Counted from the stretch's first letter, positions 32,149 through 42,442 are shown. The stretch: DNA of 64,000 nt from an uncultured candidate division Zixibacteria bacterium (GCA_963806185.1 CAWDXE010000001.1:96001-160000); one strand, 5' to 3'. A program made the numbers and translations. The notes: generated by a model from the sequence alone, not told the origin.

Positions 32149-33564
32149 ATGCACATGAATTTGTATCTCGGCGGTCAGTGGGTCGAAACACGTCAGACCA
32201 TTCACGTCTCATCCCCCTACGACGACTCCACCGTCGGCACCGTCGCGGCCGCTTCAGCCGCCGACTTCACCCAGGCCATCGAACTCGGTCGGCAAGCATT
32301 CGCTCAAACACGGAAGCTCTCCGCTTACGCCCGCGAAAGAGCCTGCCTGCAAATCGCCGACGGCATCCAGGCACACCACGAGGAGTTGTCCGTACTCATG
32401 TCTCGTGAACTGGGTAAAGCGCTCAAGGACTCGCGGGCCGAGGTCAGCCGTGCGGTCGGCGTCTTTCGCACCTCCGCGGAGGAAGCCAAACGGGTCGGCG
32501 GCGAAATTCTCGATCTCGATTGGAATCCGGGCAGCGAGGGCCGCCTCGGCCTGTTGCGCCGCTTCCCTAAGGGTGTCATCGCCGGGATTACGCCGTTTAA
32601 CTTCCCATTAAATCTGATCGCCCATAAAATCGGCCCCGCCATCGCCTCCGGTAATGCCATCATCATCAAACCGGCCAGCAAGACTCCACTCATCGCCCTC
32701 AAACTGGCCGAGATCATCGACACGACCGATTACCCGAAAGGCGCCGTCTCCATTCTTCCCGCCGCATCATCGGAGACTATCCCCCTCCTTCAGGACGAAC
32801 GGGTAAAGTTGATCACCTTCACCGGCTCCGACATTGTTGGCTGGTGGATAAAAGATCACGCCGGGCGCAAGCCGGTCGTCCTCGAACTCGGCGGTAATGC
32901 CGGTGTCGCCGTCGCCGATGATGCTGATCTCGACTGGGCCACCTCCCGCCTCGTCTTCGGCGCCTTCGCCTCCGCCGGTCAGTCGTGCATTTCCGTCCAG
33001 CGCATCTACCTGCACGAATCGATCTATGACCGCGCCCTGGCATCATTCGTCGCCAAGACGAAGACACTGAAAACCGGCGATCCTCTCGATCCGACCACTG
33101 ACGTCGGCGCTCTTGTCGACACCGCCGCCGTAGAAAAAACTATGCAGTCGCTTGACGAAGCAAAACGATCCGGCGGAAAAATCCTGTGCGGTGGCACAGT
33201 TACGGGCCGTGTCATGGAACCGACCATCCTCACCGATGTCCCCCGGCACATTGGACTCTGCGTCACGGAAGCCTTTGCCCCCGTTGCCGTCGTCGCAAGG
33301 TATTCTGATTTCAAGCAAGTTGTCGCCGACATCAACGATTCCAACTTCGGCCTGCAGGCCGGCATCTTTACCAATCGGATGTCAGACATCATGTACGCCT
33401 GGCATCATATCGAAACCGGCGGCGTGGTCGTCAACGATGTCCCCACCTATCGCGCCGATCATATGCCCTACGGCGGCGTCAAAAGATCGGGCCTCGGCCG
33501 CGAGGGCATACGCTGGGCCATCGAGGATATGACCGAACCGAAATTGCTCGCCCTTAAGCCTTGA
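32149..33564 (+). CDS. NAD(P)-dependent aldehyde dehydrogenase
   Basis: ITPFNFPLN, FTGS, LELGGN, GQSCIS, EAFAP, PYGGVKRSGLGREG. Confidence 0.95.
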   Translation: MHMNLYLGGQWVETRQTIHVSSPYDDSTVGTVAAASAADFTQAIELGRQAFAQTRKLSAYARERACLQIADGIQAHHEELSVLMSRELGKALKDSRAEVSRAVGVFRTSAEEAKRVGGEILDLDWNPGSEGRLGLLRRFPKGVIAGITPFNFPLNLIAHKIGPAIASGNAIIIKPASKTPLIALKLAEIIDTTDYPKGAVSILPAASSETIPLLQDERVKLITFTGSDIVGWWIKDHAGRKPVVLELGGNAGVAVADDADLDWATSRLVFGAFASAGQSCISVQRIYLHESIYDRALASFVAKTKTLKTGDPLDPTTDVGALVDTAAVEKTMQSLDEAKRSGGKILCGGTVTGRVMEPTILTDVPRHIGLCVTEAFAPVAVVARYSDFKQVVADINDSNFGLQAGIFTNRMSDIMYAWHHIETGGVVVNDVPTYRADHMPYGGVKRSGLGREGIRWAIEDMTEPKLLALKP

Positions 33565-33593
33565 CTAATTGATTGCCCCACAACGATTTGACT

Positions 33594-33620
33594 GTCCGGT
33601 GGCACTTTCTGTCACCGGAC
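33594..33620 (+). terminator. Hairpin after ALDH
   Basis: GTCCGGTGGCA-CTTTC-TGTCACCGGAC; weak U-tract. Confidence 0.55.
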
Positions 33621-33699
33621 TGCTATGCTGTGTCAGCAAGAAATTTCTGGATGCGGCGAATCGCGCAAGGGAACTTTTCCACTCCCCGCCGTCGTTGCT

Positions 33700-33809
33700 C
33701 AAGTAGCGACACGTGCGGCGGATTCGTCGCATGGAAGCCCAACGACGAGCACACCCGCACACGAGCACACATGGTTCGGTCGTTATAAGGCGACCGGACC
33801 ATATTTTTT
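33700..33809 (+). ncRNA. Candidate ~110-nt sRNA
   Basis: ECF-type GGAACTT..GTCGTT upstream (33670-33696), a hairpin with AUGGA in the loop, three GCACAC repeats, and a strong terminator at 33771-33809. Confidence 0.5.
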
Positions 33810-33890
33810 GCCCCCGTTGTGTTTCTGCATCGTCGCCGGTATCTTTAGCCCCGACCGGGAAACGACATACTCCAAACTCTCGAGGATACC

Positions 33891-34745
33891 ATGCTCTTCG
33901 GCGCTCACGAATCGATTGCCGGCGGCGTCTTCAACGCCATCTCCCGCGGCCAGAAAGCCACCTGCGACACCATTCAAATGTTCAACAAATCGTCCAACCA
34001 GTGGCGCGCCAAACCTTTGGAGACAAAAGAAGTCGACCAGTTCTTCAGAGCTGTTGAGGACACCAAGGTCACTGTCTCTGTCTCCCACACCAGCTACTTG
34101 ATCAATATCGCCTCGCCCAAACCGGAACTTGCCGCCCAGTCGACCGCCGCGCTCAAAGACGAACTAGAGCGATGCAACCTGCTCAAGATTCCCAATCTCG
34201 TCTTTCACCCCGGCTCGCATGTCGGGTCGGGCGAAGAGGTCGGCATGAATACGATCGCCGACAACATCAATAAGATTTTCGGTGAGTTGAAGAACAACAC
34301 GGTCTGCCTGTTGCTGGAGACAACCGCCGGTCAGGGCTCCAATCTCGGGTACACGTTCGAACAACTTGCGTACATTATTGAACGAGTGGAAAACAAGGCA
34401 CAGATGGGTGTCTGTCTCGACACCTGTCATATCTTCGCCGCGGGCTACCCGATTTCCGATCCGGCCGATTATAAGAAGACGATGAAGTCGTTCGACGACG
34501 TCATAGGGCTGGACCGTCTGAAAATCATTCATTGTAATGATTCACTGAAGGAGTTCGGCTCGAAGCGCGACCGCCACGAACATATCGGGAAAGGTCACAT
34601 CGGCCTCGAGGCATTCCGCAATATCGTCAACGACAAGCGGCTCGCCAACGTCCCCAAAATCCTCGAAACCCCCAAAACCGAGGACACCCTGGAAGAGGAC
34701 ATCGAGAATCTGAAGGTGCTGAGGGGCTTGGCGAAGAAGAAATAG
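33891..34745 (+). CDS. nfo: Endonuclease IV
   Basis: GAHESIAGG, HTSYLIN, FHPGS, ETTAGQG, CLDTCHIFAAGY, HCNDS, DRHEHIG, ILETP. Confidence 0.96.
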   Translation: MLFGAHESIAGGVFNAISRGQKATCDTIQMFNKSSNQWRAKPLETKEVDQFFRAVEDTKVTVSVSHTSYLINIASPKPELAAQSTAALKDELERCNLLKIPNLVFHPGSHVGSGEEVGMNTIADNINKIFGELKNNTVCLLLETTAGQGSNLGYTFEQLAYIIERVENKAQMGVCLDTCHIFAAGYPISDPADYKKTMKSFDDVIGLDRLKIIHCNDSLKEFGSKRDRHEHIGKGHIGLEAFRNIVNDKRLANVPKILETPKTEDTLEEDIENLKVLRGLAKKK

Positions 34746-34802
34746 TTGCGTCATTCTCCTATGGGATGTCTTTGGTTCCGGGCGCGAGAGAGGGAACAAT
34801 CA

Positions 34803-35399
34803 GTGTCAATAGATACGAAAAAGGCGTGGGAGGATTTTCTTAATCCTGACGTATTGCGCCCAAGACTACTTGCAGCTTCGATTTATCTCATCGGATTCGA
34901 AGCATTAAAATACTCAATCATCGAACGGCTTCGAACTTTCTTCTGCCACGGCTTCAATGAATCGGGAGATGTTATCGACCCGAGGTACGAAGCCGATGTT
35001 CTCACCCGAAAGAGAAGCCCCGTTTACGCTAGCCTAGACTGGTTGCTGGAGATGGGAGCGATCAAAGAGTCCGATCTGGTGACATTCGAACGAGTAAAGG
35101 GGTGCCGTAATAAGATTGCCCACGAACTACTTTCCGCCGTTGGTTCCGACGGTCTACCTCAAGATTTCGGCAACTGTTTAGGTGAAATGGTGGCGCTTCT
35201 TAGGAAAATCGAAGTTTGGTGGATAATAAACGTTGATATGGCTGTGGATCCTGAAATCAACGCACATGAAGTTGATGAAGACAATATTGCTCCGGGACCG
35301 ATAGTAAATCTGCATTTGCTCGTCAAAGTGGCGCTTGGCAACGACGTGGAAAATCGGCGATTCTATGAAGATTTCCTGAAGATGACGCGTGTCAGCTAG
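34803..35399 (+). CDS. Hypothetical protein with HEPN-type R-x4-H motif, probably horizontally acquired
   Basis: GTG start after GAGGGA; RNKIAH motif; visibly AT-richer codons than nfo and ychF. Confidence 0.7.
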   Translation: MSIDTKKAWEDFLNPDVLRPRLLAASIYLIGFEALKYSIIERLRTFFCHGFNESGDVIDPRYEADVLTRKRSPVYASLDWLLEMGAIKESDLVTFERVKGCRNKIAHELLSAVGSDGLPQDFGNCLGEMVALLRKIEVWWIINVDMAVDPEINAHEVDEDNIAPGPIVNLHLLVKVALGNDVENRRFYEDFLKMTRVS

Positions 35400-35464
35400 T
35401 TGTCGCGAATTGCCCACACTTCCCCCCTTGACCTCTCCGCCCATCTGCCGTAGCTTACCAATCT

Positions 35465-36517
35465 ATGAAACTCGGTATTATCGGTACCCCCCAATCGGGC
35501 AAAACGACCATCTTCAACGCCGCCGCCGGTCAGCAAGAAGCTGTCGGCGACTACTCCCAGGCCACCCACCGCGCCGTCATCAAGGTCCCCGACCACCGGC
35601 TCGACGAACTGGCTAAGCTCGTCAATCCCAAAAAAATCACCCCGGCCGAAGTCGAATTCCTCGACGCCCCCGGCTTCTCCGGCAAAGGCAAGGAATCGTC
35701 CGGCCTCGAATTGAGCCAGGACCTCAAGCAGATGGACGCCTTCATGCTGGTGGTCGACGCCTTTTCGACTGATGCCAAGCCGGAACGCGATATCCAGAAC
35801 GTCATCGATGAAATGATTTTCTACGATCAGGTGACGGTCGAATCCAACATCGAAAAGCGCGAGCGCAAAGCCAAACTCACCGGCGACAAAGCCGAACAAC
35901 GCGAACTCGAACTCCTGCATCGCTGCCTCACCACGCTCGAGGCCACCAAGCCGCTCATCGATCTCCCGTTCACCGATGATGAAGCCAAAGCCCTGCGCGG
36001 CTACCAGTTTATGTCGCAGAAGCCATTACTGGTGACGCTTAACATTTCCGAGGATAAACTGACCGACGCCGATAAGATCTACCAGCAGTTCAGCCATTTC
36101 GTCCAGCCCGGCAAACGCGAACTGGTGGTCGCCTGTGGCAAGATCGAAATGGAGCTGGTCGGCCTGGGCGACGCCGAACGCAAGCAGTTCCTCCACGAAC
36201 TCGGCATCCCCCACCCCGCCGTCGAGCAGGTGATCCAGAAATCGTACCAGCTTCTCGGCTTGATCTCGTTTCTCACCGCCGGCGAACCCGAGGTCCGCGC
36301 CTGGACCATCAAAAAAGGGACCAACGCCCAGCGCGCCGCCGGCGTCATTCACTCCGATATCGAACGCGGCTTCATCCGGGCCGAGGTGACCAAATACGAC
36401 GATTACGTCGCGCTGAAGACCCATGCCGCCATCAAGGCGGCAGGCAAACAGCGGCTGGAAGGAAAAGAATACGTCGTCGTCGACGGCGACGTAATGCTGT
36501 TCCGGTTTAACGTGTAA
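35465..36517 (+). CDS. ychF: Obg-family ATPase YchF
   Basis: GTPQSGKTT, VPDHRL, FLTAGEPEVRAW, IHSDIERGFIRAE, EGKEYVVVDGD, FRFNV. Confidence 0.95.
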   Translation: MKLGIIGTPQSGKTTIFNAAAGQQEAVGDYSQATHRAVIKVPDHRLDELAKLVNPKKITPAEVEFLDAPGFSGKGKESSGLELSQDLKQMDAFMLVVDAFSTDAKPERDIQNVIDEMIFYDQVTVESNIEKRERKAKLTGDKAEQRELELLHRCLTTLEATKPLIDLPFTDDEAKALRGYQFMSQKPLLVTLNISEDKLTDADKIYQQFSHFVQPGKRELVVACGKIEMELVGLGDAERKQFLHELGIPHPAVEQVIQKSYQLLGLISFLTAGEPEVRAWTIKKGTNAQRAAGVIHSDIERGFIRAEVTKYDDYVALKTHAAIKAAGKQRLEGKEYVVVDGDVMLFRFNV

Positions 36518-36546
36518 GTGCCGAACCAGCCCGGCCGTTTCCCTGT

Positions 36547-36573
36547 TCAATGTTTGCACACAGCCGCCGATAC
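36547..36573 (+). promoter_or_regulatory. sigma28-like promoter upstream of lon
   Basis: TCAA-N15-GCCGATAC. Confidence 0.55.
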
Positions 36574-36605
36574 TATCAGGGAACGATAAAAAGGAATTTG
36601 GAGTA

Positions 36606-38996
36606 ATGGTACAAATAGCCCATCCGCCGAAAGCCGAACCGTCCACGGGCGTGCAGACCCTTCCCATCCTGCCTTTAAAAGGCACGGTCGTCTACCCGTT
36701 CCTGGTGGTACCGCTCATGATCCAGGACACCAATCAAACGCGCCTTATTGACGAAGCTCTCATGCGCGGCTCGCGCGTCGGCCTCATCCTCCAGCGGAAC
36801 ACCAAGACCGACCACCCCGGCCCCGACGACCTCTACACGATGGGCACATCGGGCAATATCCTGAAAATGCTCCGATTCCCCGACGGCACCATTCGCTTTC
36901 TCATACAGGGACTCGGCCGCATTCGCATCCGCCGCTTCACTGGTACGTCACCGCATTTGACTGCCGAAGTTGAGGATCTCCCGGAAGTCACCACCGAGTC
37001 GGTCAGCATGGAAGCGCTCCAGCGCAACTTGATCGACCGAATCAAGACTCTGGTCGACCTGGCCCCATATCTTAACGAGGAATTCCACGTATCGGCCATA
37101 AATCAGGACACGCCTTCCAAGCTCACCGATTTTGTCGCTTCAAACCTGAACCTGCCGATCGAGCAAAAGCAGGATTTGCTGGAGCAGCTCGACGTCTACA
37201 AGCGGATGCAGTCGCTTTATCACGCGATCAACAAAGAGATCGAGGTACTGGAGCTCTCGCAGAAAATCCAGGCGCAGGCCGCCAGTGAACTTGGCAAGTC
37301 CCAGCGCGACTATATCCTTCGCGAGCAACTCAAGGCCATCCGCCGCGAATTGGGCGAGGCCGACGATAAGGGCGATATCGAAGATTTCGAAAAACGGATC
37401 AAAGCCGCGCAAATGCCTGACGTCGCCGAGAAAGCCGCGCTCAAAGAAATCGAGCGCATGTCCCACATGCCTCCGTCGTCCGCCGAATATACGGTCTCGC
37501 GTACCTATCTCGACTGGCTCGTCCTGCTCCCCTGGGCCAAGTCGACCAAAGACCTGCTTGACCTAAAGAAGGCCAAGAAAGTACTCGACGAGGATCATTA
37601 CGATCTCGAAAAAGTCAAAGACCGTATTCTGGAATACCTCGCCGTCCGCAAACTGAAATCCGACCTCAAGGGCCCGATTCTTTGCTTCATCGGCCCCCCC
37701 GGTGTCGGCAAAACTTCGCTCGGCAAATCAATCGCCCGCGCCATGGGTCGCCAGTTTGCCCGCGTCTCGCTCGGCGGTATGCGCGATGAGGCCGAAATCC
37801 GCGGCCACCGCCGCACCTATATCGGCGCCATGCCCGGCCGCATCATTCAGAGTCTGAAGCGCACCGGCTCCAACAACCCGATCATTATGCTCGATGAAAT
37901 CGATAAACTCGGCGTCGACTTCCGCGGTGACCCCGCCTCGGCGCTGCTCGAGGTTCTCGATCCGGAACAGAACGATTCCTTCACTGATCACTACCTCGAC
38001 CTCCCGTTCGACTTGTCCAAGGTGATGTTTATCACCACCGCCAACTGGGCCGAGCCGATTCCGCCCGTGCTGCGCGACCGTATGGAGATGATTGCTCTGC
38101 CTGGGTACACAGACATCGAGAAGACGCAAATTGCCCGGCGGCATCTTATCCCCAAGCAAATCGCCGCCCACGGTCTGCAGGCCAGCCAGCTGAATATCAC
38201 CGATGCCGGCCTGCACTCGCTCATCGACGGCTACACGCGCGAGGCCGGCTTGCGCAATCTCGAGCGCGAAATCGCCACGCTGGCACGCAAGATCGCCCGC
38301 CGCGTCGCCAACGGTTACAAGGGGAAGATCACGATTGATGCGAAAGACATCCCCAAACTGCTTGGCCCGCAGCGCTTCCTTCGCGAAGCCCTCACCCGCT
38401 CCGGTCGAGTCGGCGTCGTCCCCGGCCTTGCCTACACCGCCGCCGGCGGCGAACTCCTCTTTGTCGAGGCTACCTCAATGCCCGGCAAGAATCACTTGAC
38501 CCTCACCGGTCAACTTGGCAATGTCATGAAGGAGTCGGCCCAGGCCGCTCTTTCATTCATTCGCTCCAACGCGGCCGAAATAGGCATCACGCCGCAGCAG
38601 CTCGAGGGATTGGATGTGCATATTCACGTCCCGTCCGGCGCCGTCCCCAAAGACGGTCCCTCGGCCGGCATCACCATGGCTGTCGCACTTGCTTCCCTGT
38701 TTACGCATCGGCCGGTTAAACCGTGTCTCGCTATGACCGGCGAAATAACACTGCGCGGCGATCTCCTACCCATCGGCGGCCTGAAAGAAAAACTGCTCTC
38801 CGCCATGCGCTCCGGCGTCGATACGGTGATTCTGCCGGAAGAAAATCGTAAGGACGCTGTCGAAATTCCTGTCGAGATCAAAAAGAAGGTGAAACTTAAA
38901 TATTTCTCGGACGTCGCCTCAGCCGTCAGGTTCGCCCTCGATACAGAGGCTGCCGGACGGAAGCCGGTCGCCCGAAAGAAATCAAGAACCGCCTGA
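36606..38996 (+). CDS. lon: ATP-dependent Lon protease
   Basis: LON N-domain, GPPGVGKTS, RGHRRTYIGAMPG, LDEIDK, PKDGPSAG, GGLKEK. Confidence 0.98.
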   Translation: MVQIAHPPKAEPSTGVQTLPILPLKGTVVYPFLVVPLMIQDTNQTRLIDEALMRGSRVGLILQRNTKTDHPGPDDLYTMGTSGNILKMLRFPDGTIRFLIQGLGRIRIRRFTGTSPHLTAEVEDLPEVTTESVSMEALQRNLIDRIKTLVDLAPYLNEEFHVSAINQDTPSKLTDFVASNLNLPIEQKQDLLEQLDVYKRMQSLYHAINKEIEVLELSQKIQAQAASELGKSQRDYILREQLKAIRRELGEADDKGDIEDFEKRIKAAQMPDVAEKAALKEIERMSHMPPSSAEYTVSRTYLDWLVLLPWAKSTKDLLDLKKAKKVLDEDHYDLEKVKDRILEYLAVRKLKSDLKGPILCFIGPPGVGKTSLGKSIARAMGRQFARVSLGGMRDEAEIRGHRRTYIGAMPGRIIQSLKRTGSNNPIIMLDEIDKLGVDFRGDPASALLEVLDPEQNDSFTDHYLDLPFDLSKVMFITTANWAEPIPPVLRDRMEMIALPGYTDIEKTQIARRHLIPKQIAAHGLQASQLNITDAGLHSLIDGYTREAGLRNLEREIATLARKIARRVANGYKGKITIDAKDIPKLLGPQRFLREALTRSGRVGVVPGLAYTAAGGELLFVEATSMPGKNHLTLTGQLGNVMKESAQAALSFIRSNAAEIGITPQQLEGLDVHIHVPSGAVPKDGPSAGITMAVALASLFTHRPVKPCLAMTGEITLRGDLLPIGGLKEKLLSAMRSGVDTVILPEENRKDAVEIPVEIKKKVKLKYFSDVASAVRFALDTEAAGRKPVARKKSRTA

Positions 38997-39019
38997 TCGG
39001 CGCACGTCGCACAGTAGCC

Positions 39020-40582
39020 ATGAAGCTCGTTACTTCGGCGCAGATGCAGCAGATCGACCGCCTCGCGATCGATCACTACGGCATCCCCGGCCCCCAATTG
39101 ATGGAAAACGCCGGTCGGGGCATCGCCGAACATCTCCTCACTCGCCACCTCCCCGTTGCAACAGGCGCCACCGTAGCCATCTTCTGCGGCAAAGGCAACA
39201 ACGGCGGCGACGGTTTCGTCATCGCCCGATACCTGCATCGGGCCGGTGCTTCCGTTTCGGTCTACTTCCTCGGCCCGCCTGACGGCCTCTCCCCTGACGC
39301 CCAACTCAACTACAACCGTGCCCATGAAGCCGGGATCAAGACCCTCGACATCCGCTCTGCATCCGATTTGCCCTCAGACCTTGATTGCCAACTGATCGTC
39401 GACGCTATCTTCGGCACTGGCTTCTCCGGCGCCCCACGCGATCTTGCCGCCGACATGATCTCGTTTATCAATCGTCAAGCGGGTATTCCCGTTATTTCAG
39501 TCGATCTCCCGTCCGGACTCAATGCCGACAACGGCCAGCATGATGGCAAAGTCGTGCATGCCACTGCCACCTGCACACTGGCCCTGCCCAAATACGGTCT
39601 CTACCTCTCGCCCGGGCGCGAACTCGCGGGTGAAATTGCGATCATCGACATCGGCATTCCCGATGATGTTATCGCCAAGTCCCCGGCCGTCGCAGAATTG
39701 ATCACCCTTGAGACGGTCACGACCTTGTTGCCCGCGCGCAAGCCCGACGGCCACAAGGGCGATTTCGGTAAGCTGTTCGTCCTCGCCGGTTCAATCGGCC
39801 TGACGGGCGCCGCAGCGCTTACGTCGCTTTCCGCGCTTCGTTCCGGATGCGGTCTGGTGAAACTCGGCTGCCCTGCCGGCACTCTACCCATTCTCGCGAC
39901 CAAACTCACCGAGGTGACGACTCACCCGCTCCCGGATGTCCGTCGCAAAGGCGTTCTCGCCCTTCGTGCGCTCGGCGAGACTAGAACGCTCATCGACGAG
40001 CACGACGCCGTGGTCATCGGCCCCGGCATCGGTCGCCATCATGAAACATTTGAATTGATTCGTAGGCTGGTGAGCAAACTGGAGAAACCGTCAATAATTG
40101 ATGCCGACGGTATCAACGCTCTGGCCGACCATCTTGAAATACTCCGGCAGTGTCCTTCGACTCCCGTGATCACGCCCCATCCCGGTGAATTCGCCCGCCT
40201 GACGGGCAAGTCCGTTCCGTCCGACATTCACGAGCGCATGGCGTTGACCGTCGCAACGGCAAGTGACCTAAAAGTCGTGTTGCTGCTCAAAGGCAGCCCG
40301 ACCATCATCGCTTCGCCTGACGGCCGCACGTATTTGAATCCCACCGGCAATTCCGGCATGGCTACCGGCGGTTCGGGTGATGTTCTTTCTGGAATGATTG
40401 GCTGTTTTCTGACTCAGGGAATAAACCCCGTCGACGCCGCTGTCTGCGGCGCCTATTTGCACGGACTGGCAGGTGATGTCGCCGCAGACGATCGCTCCGA
40501 ACGATCACTGATCGCCGGCGACCTCTTAGATTTCCTGCCCGAGGTCTTTAGAAATCTCGAGTCTCGAAAACCTCATCCTTAA
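39020..40582 (+). CDS. nnr: Bifunctional NAD(P)H-hydrate epimerase/dehydratase
   Basis: LMENAG, GKGNNGGDG, DAIFGTG, DLPSG, HKGDFG, TPHPGE, ATGGSGDVLSG. Confidence 0.95.
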   Translation: MKLVTSAQMQQIDRLAIDHYGIPGPQLMENAGRGIAEHLLTRHLPVATGATVAIFCGKGNNGGDGFVIARYLHRAGASVSVYFLGPPDGLSPDAQLNYNRAHEAGIKTLDIRSASDLPSDLDCQLIVDAIFGTGFSGAPRDLAADMISFINRQAGIPVISVDLPSGLNADNGQHDGKVVHATATCTLALPKYGLYLSPGRELAGEIAIIDIGIPDDVIAKSPAVAELITLETVTTLLPARKPDGHKGDFGKLFVLAGSIGLTGAAALTSLSALRSGCGLVKLGCPAGTLPILATKLTEVTTHPLPDVRRKGVLALRALGETRTLIDEHDAVVIGPGIGRHHETFELIRRLVSKLEKPSIIDADGINALADHLEILRQCPSTPVITPHPGEFARLTGKSVPSDIHERMALTVATASDLKVVLLLKGSPTIIASPDGRTYLNPTGNSGMATGGSGDVLSGMIGCFLTQGINPVDAAVCGAYLHGLAGDVAADDRSERSLIAGDLLDFLPEVFRNLESRKPHP

Positions 40583-41529
40583 CCGGCCGTCACCAGCTCC
40601 TCAGCTTCCGCCACAACGCCAAAGGATGTCGCCTCCGCTGACGGCCTCTCGCCGCGCATCAGGCGCTCTGCCGATTGCAGGAGCAGCTCCAAATTCAATT
40701 TCGTGATATGCGCATCCGCTTTCAAAAATGAAGCTCGCGCTTTCATGCCGATATCGCCTATCGACGAATAAACGATTACCGGCGTGTTCGGCCGGTTCGA
40801 CTGACGAATCTGCAGGGTCAGCGCCAAACCGTCCATCTGTGGCATCTCGACGTCGGTAACAACCAGGTCAAAATTGTCCTTCTGGAACGCCTGCCAGGCC
40901 TCGCGACCATCATTACTCTCCGTCACCGACAACCCGCGATCACTCAGTTCCGACACGAGCATCGCTCGCACTGCCGGAGAATCCTCCACCACCAATACCC
41001 GCTTTCCCTGCATCTGAGGATTCAGTTCTCCTACCGACTCATGTTGTTCGGTGCAAAGATGAGGGCAAAGATCGAGCAGGATGTTCTCGTAGTCCAGGAG
41101 CTGGACCATACGTTCCTCGGTGGGTCGGACGATACCGATCAGGTACTTGTGCGTGATATCTGAGAATACGTCCTTGGGATCTACCACATTCGCCCAATTG
41201 AAATGGTGTATCCAATCCACCCGTTCAACATAGAAACCCAGGAGCATACCGAAAAACTCGGTGATGATGATCTTCGGATAGGCGCGCGACGACTCCGCCA
41301 GGCCCAGGAATACCGCCAGATCGATCACCGGCACCACTCGATCCATATCGCGGAAAATCCCGCCGATCGCCCGGTGCGACTCCGGCATCCGGAGCTGATT
41401 CTGCTCGTTATTCACAATCTTGGCCACCTTCAGAATATTGATCCCAAAGGCCATTCCGGCCGCCCGATATTCCAGCACTCGCAACTCATTTGAGCCGGTC
41501 TTCAAGTATGATTCCGCGTCAAGTTTCAT
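40579..41529 (-). CDS. cheV: Chemotaxis protein CheV (CheW + receiver domain)
   Basis: GSNELRVLEY..FGINILKV CheW domain; VVEDS, TDVEMPQMDG, YSS and ITK receiver motifs. Confidence 0.9.
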   Translation of the reverse strand: MKLDAESYLKTGSNELRVLEYRAAGMAFGINILKVAKIVNNEQNQLRMPESHRAIGGIFRDMDRVVPVIDLAVFLGLAESSRAYPKIIITEFFGMLLGFYVERVDWIHHFNWANVVDPKDVFSDITHKYLIGIVRPTEERMVQLLDYENILLDLCPHLCTEQHESVGELNPQMQGKRVLVVEDSPAVRAMLVSELSDRGLSVTESNDGREAWQAFQKDNFDLVVTDVEMPQMDGLALTLQIRQSNRPNTPVIVYSSIGDIGMKARASFLKADAHITKLNLELLLQSAERLMRGERPSAEATSFGVVAEAEELVTAG

Positions 41530-42293
41530 CGCTTATTCTCCCAGACGTTCATCGTCACCGAAAATTCCGCGCCGCCCTCGCTACGGTTGGTGGCGCTAAT
41601 GCCACCCCCCATCCCTTCCATTGCCAACTTGCAGAAATGCAGCCCCAGCCCCACACCTCGATGTTTTCCCTCGGCACGAAGTTGAACCTGCCCGTATTTC
41701 GAAAAAAGAAATTCCGGCTCAGTGTCACCCAATCCGGGACCGGAATCCCTGATCCGTATCCGCGCTACTCCGGACGCCGACTCAGCCGATACGGTCACTT
41801 TGCCCCCGCCCGGCGTGTGCCGTATCGCATTGAACAACAGATTATCGATTACTCGCTTCAGCAGACTCGCGTCGGCAAGCACGGCGATTGCCGTCTCTGC
41901 GGCCGGCAGGATCACCTCGACATTGTGCTCGTGAGCCGAATTCATCACCATCTCCGTCGCCTCACGAATGATCGTGTCCAAGGGCACGCGTTCAATATGC
42001 ACGGGTATCCCAACCTCGCCCGCGCGCGCTACCGCCATCACGTCGAACAAAACTGATTCGGCCCGCTCCAGAGCAATTTTCGACGAATGCACGATCCGCT
42101 GGTGCTGCGGTTTCGACGGGTCGAATTTCCCGTCCTTAATGAGTTTGAGCAGATACTTAACTGAGGCGATCGGCGACTCCAGATCGTGCACAAATAGAGA
42201 AAAGATCTCGAGCCATTCGTCACCCTCCGGTGCTTTGGCCGCGGATCCGCGCAGGGAAATGAGTTCAGTCGATTGTTTGCTCATGCCGGTCAT
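41526..42293 (-). CDS. Soluble histidine kinase (HisKA + HATPase, no sensor domain)
   Basis: H-box FVHDLESP, N-box NLLFNAIRH, DSGPG, GVGLGL; RBS GGGGAG before ATG at 42293. Confidence 0.88.
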   Translation of the reverse strand: MTGMSKQSTELISLRGSAAKAPEGDEWLEIFSLFVHDLESPIASVKYLLKLIKDGKFDPSKPQHQRIVHSSKIALERAESVLFDVMAVARAGEVGIPVHIERVPLDTIIREATEMVMNSAHEHNVEVILPAAETAIAVLADASLLKRVIDNLLFNAIRHTPGGGKVTVSAESASGVARIRIRDSGPGLGDTEPEFLFSKYGQVQLRAEGKHRGVGLGLHFCKLAMEGMGGGISATNRSEGGAEFSVTMNVWENKR

Positions 42294-42324
42294 GAATCTC
42301 CCCCAAGCCACCCTTTCCCCCCTG

Positions 42325-42351
42325 TTATCGGCCAATAGAGTGGAAAGGTGA
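42325..42351 (-). promoter_or_regulatory. sigma28 promoter of the kinase-cheV operon
   Basis: TCAC-N15-GCCGATAA with a perfect -10 box, upstream of a chemotaxis gene. Confidence 0.7.
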
Positions 42352-42442
42352 GTCCCGGAGACTCGCCTCAAGGGGCACGTTTCCGGCCAATAACTGAATG
42401 ATGCACTTGATAGATGAAAGGAACTCCGGCGGAATCGACCGA

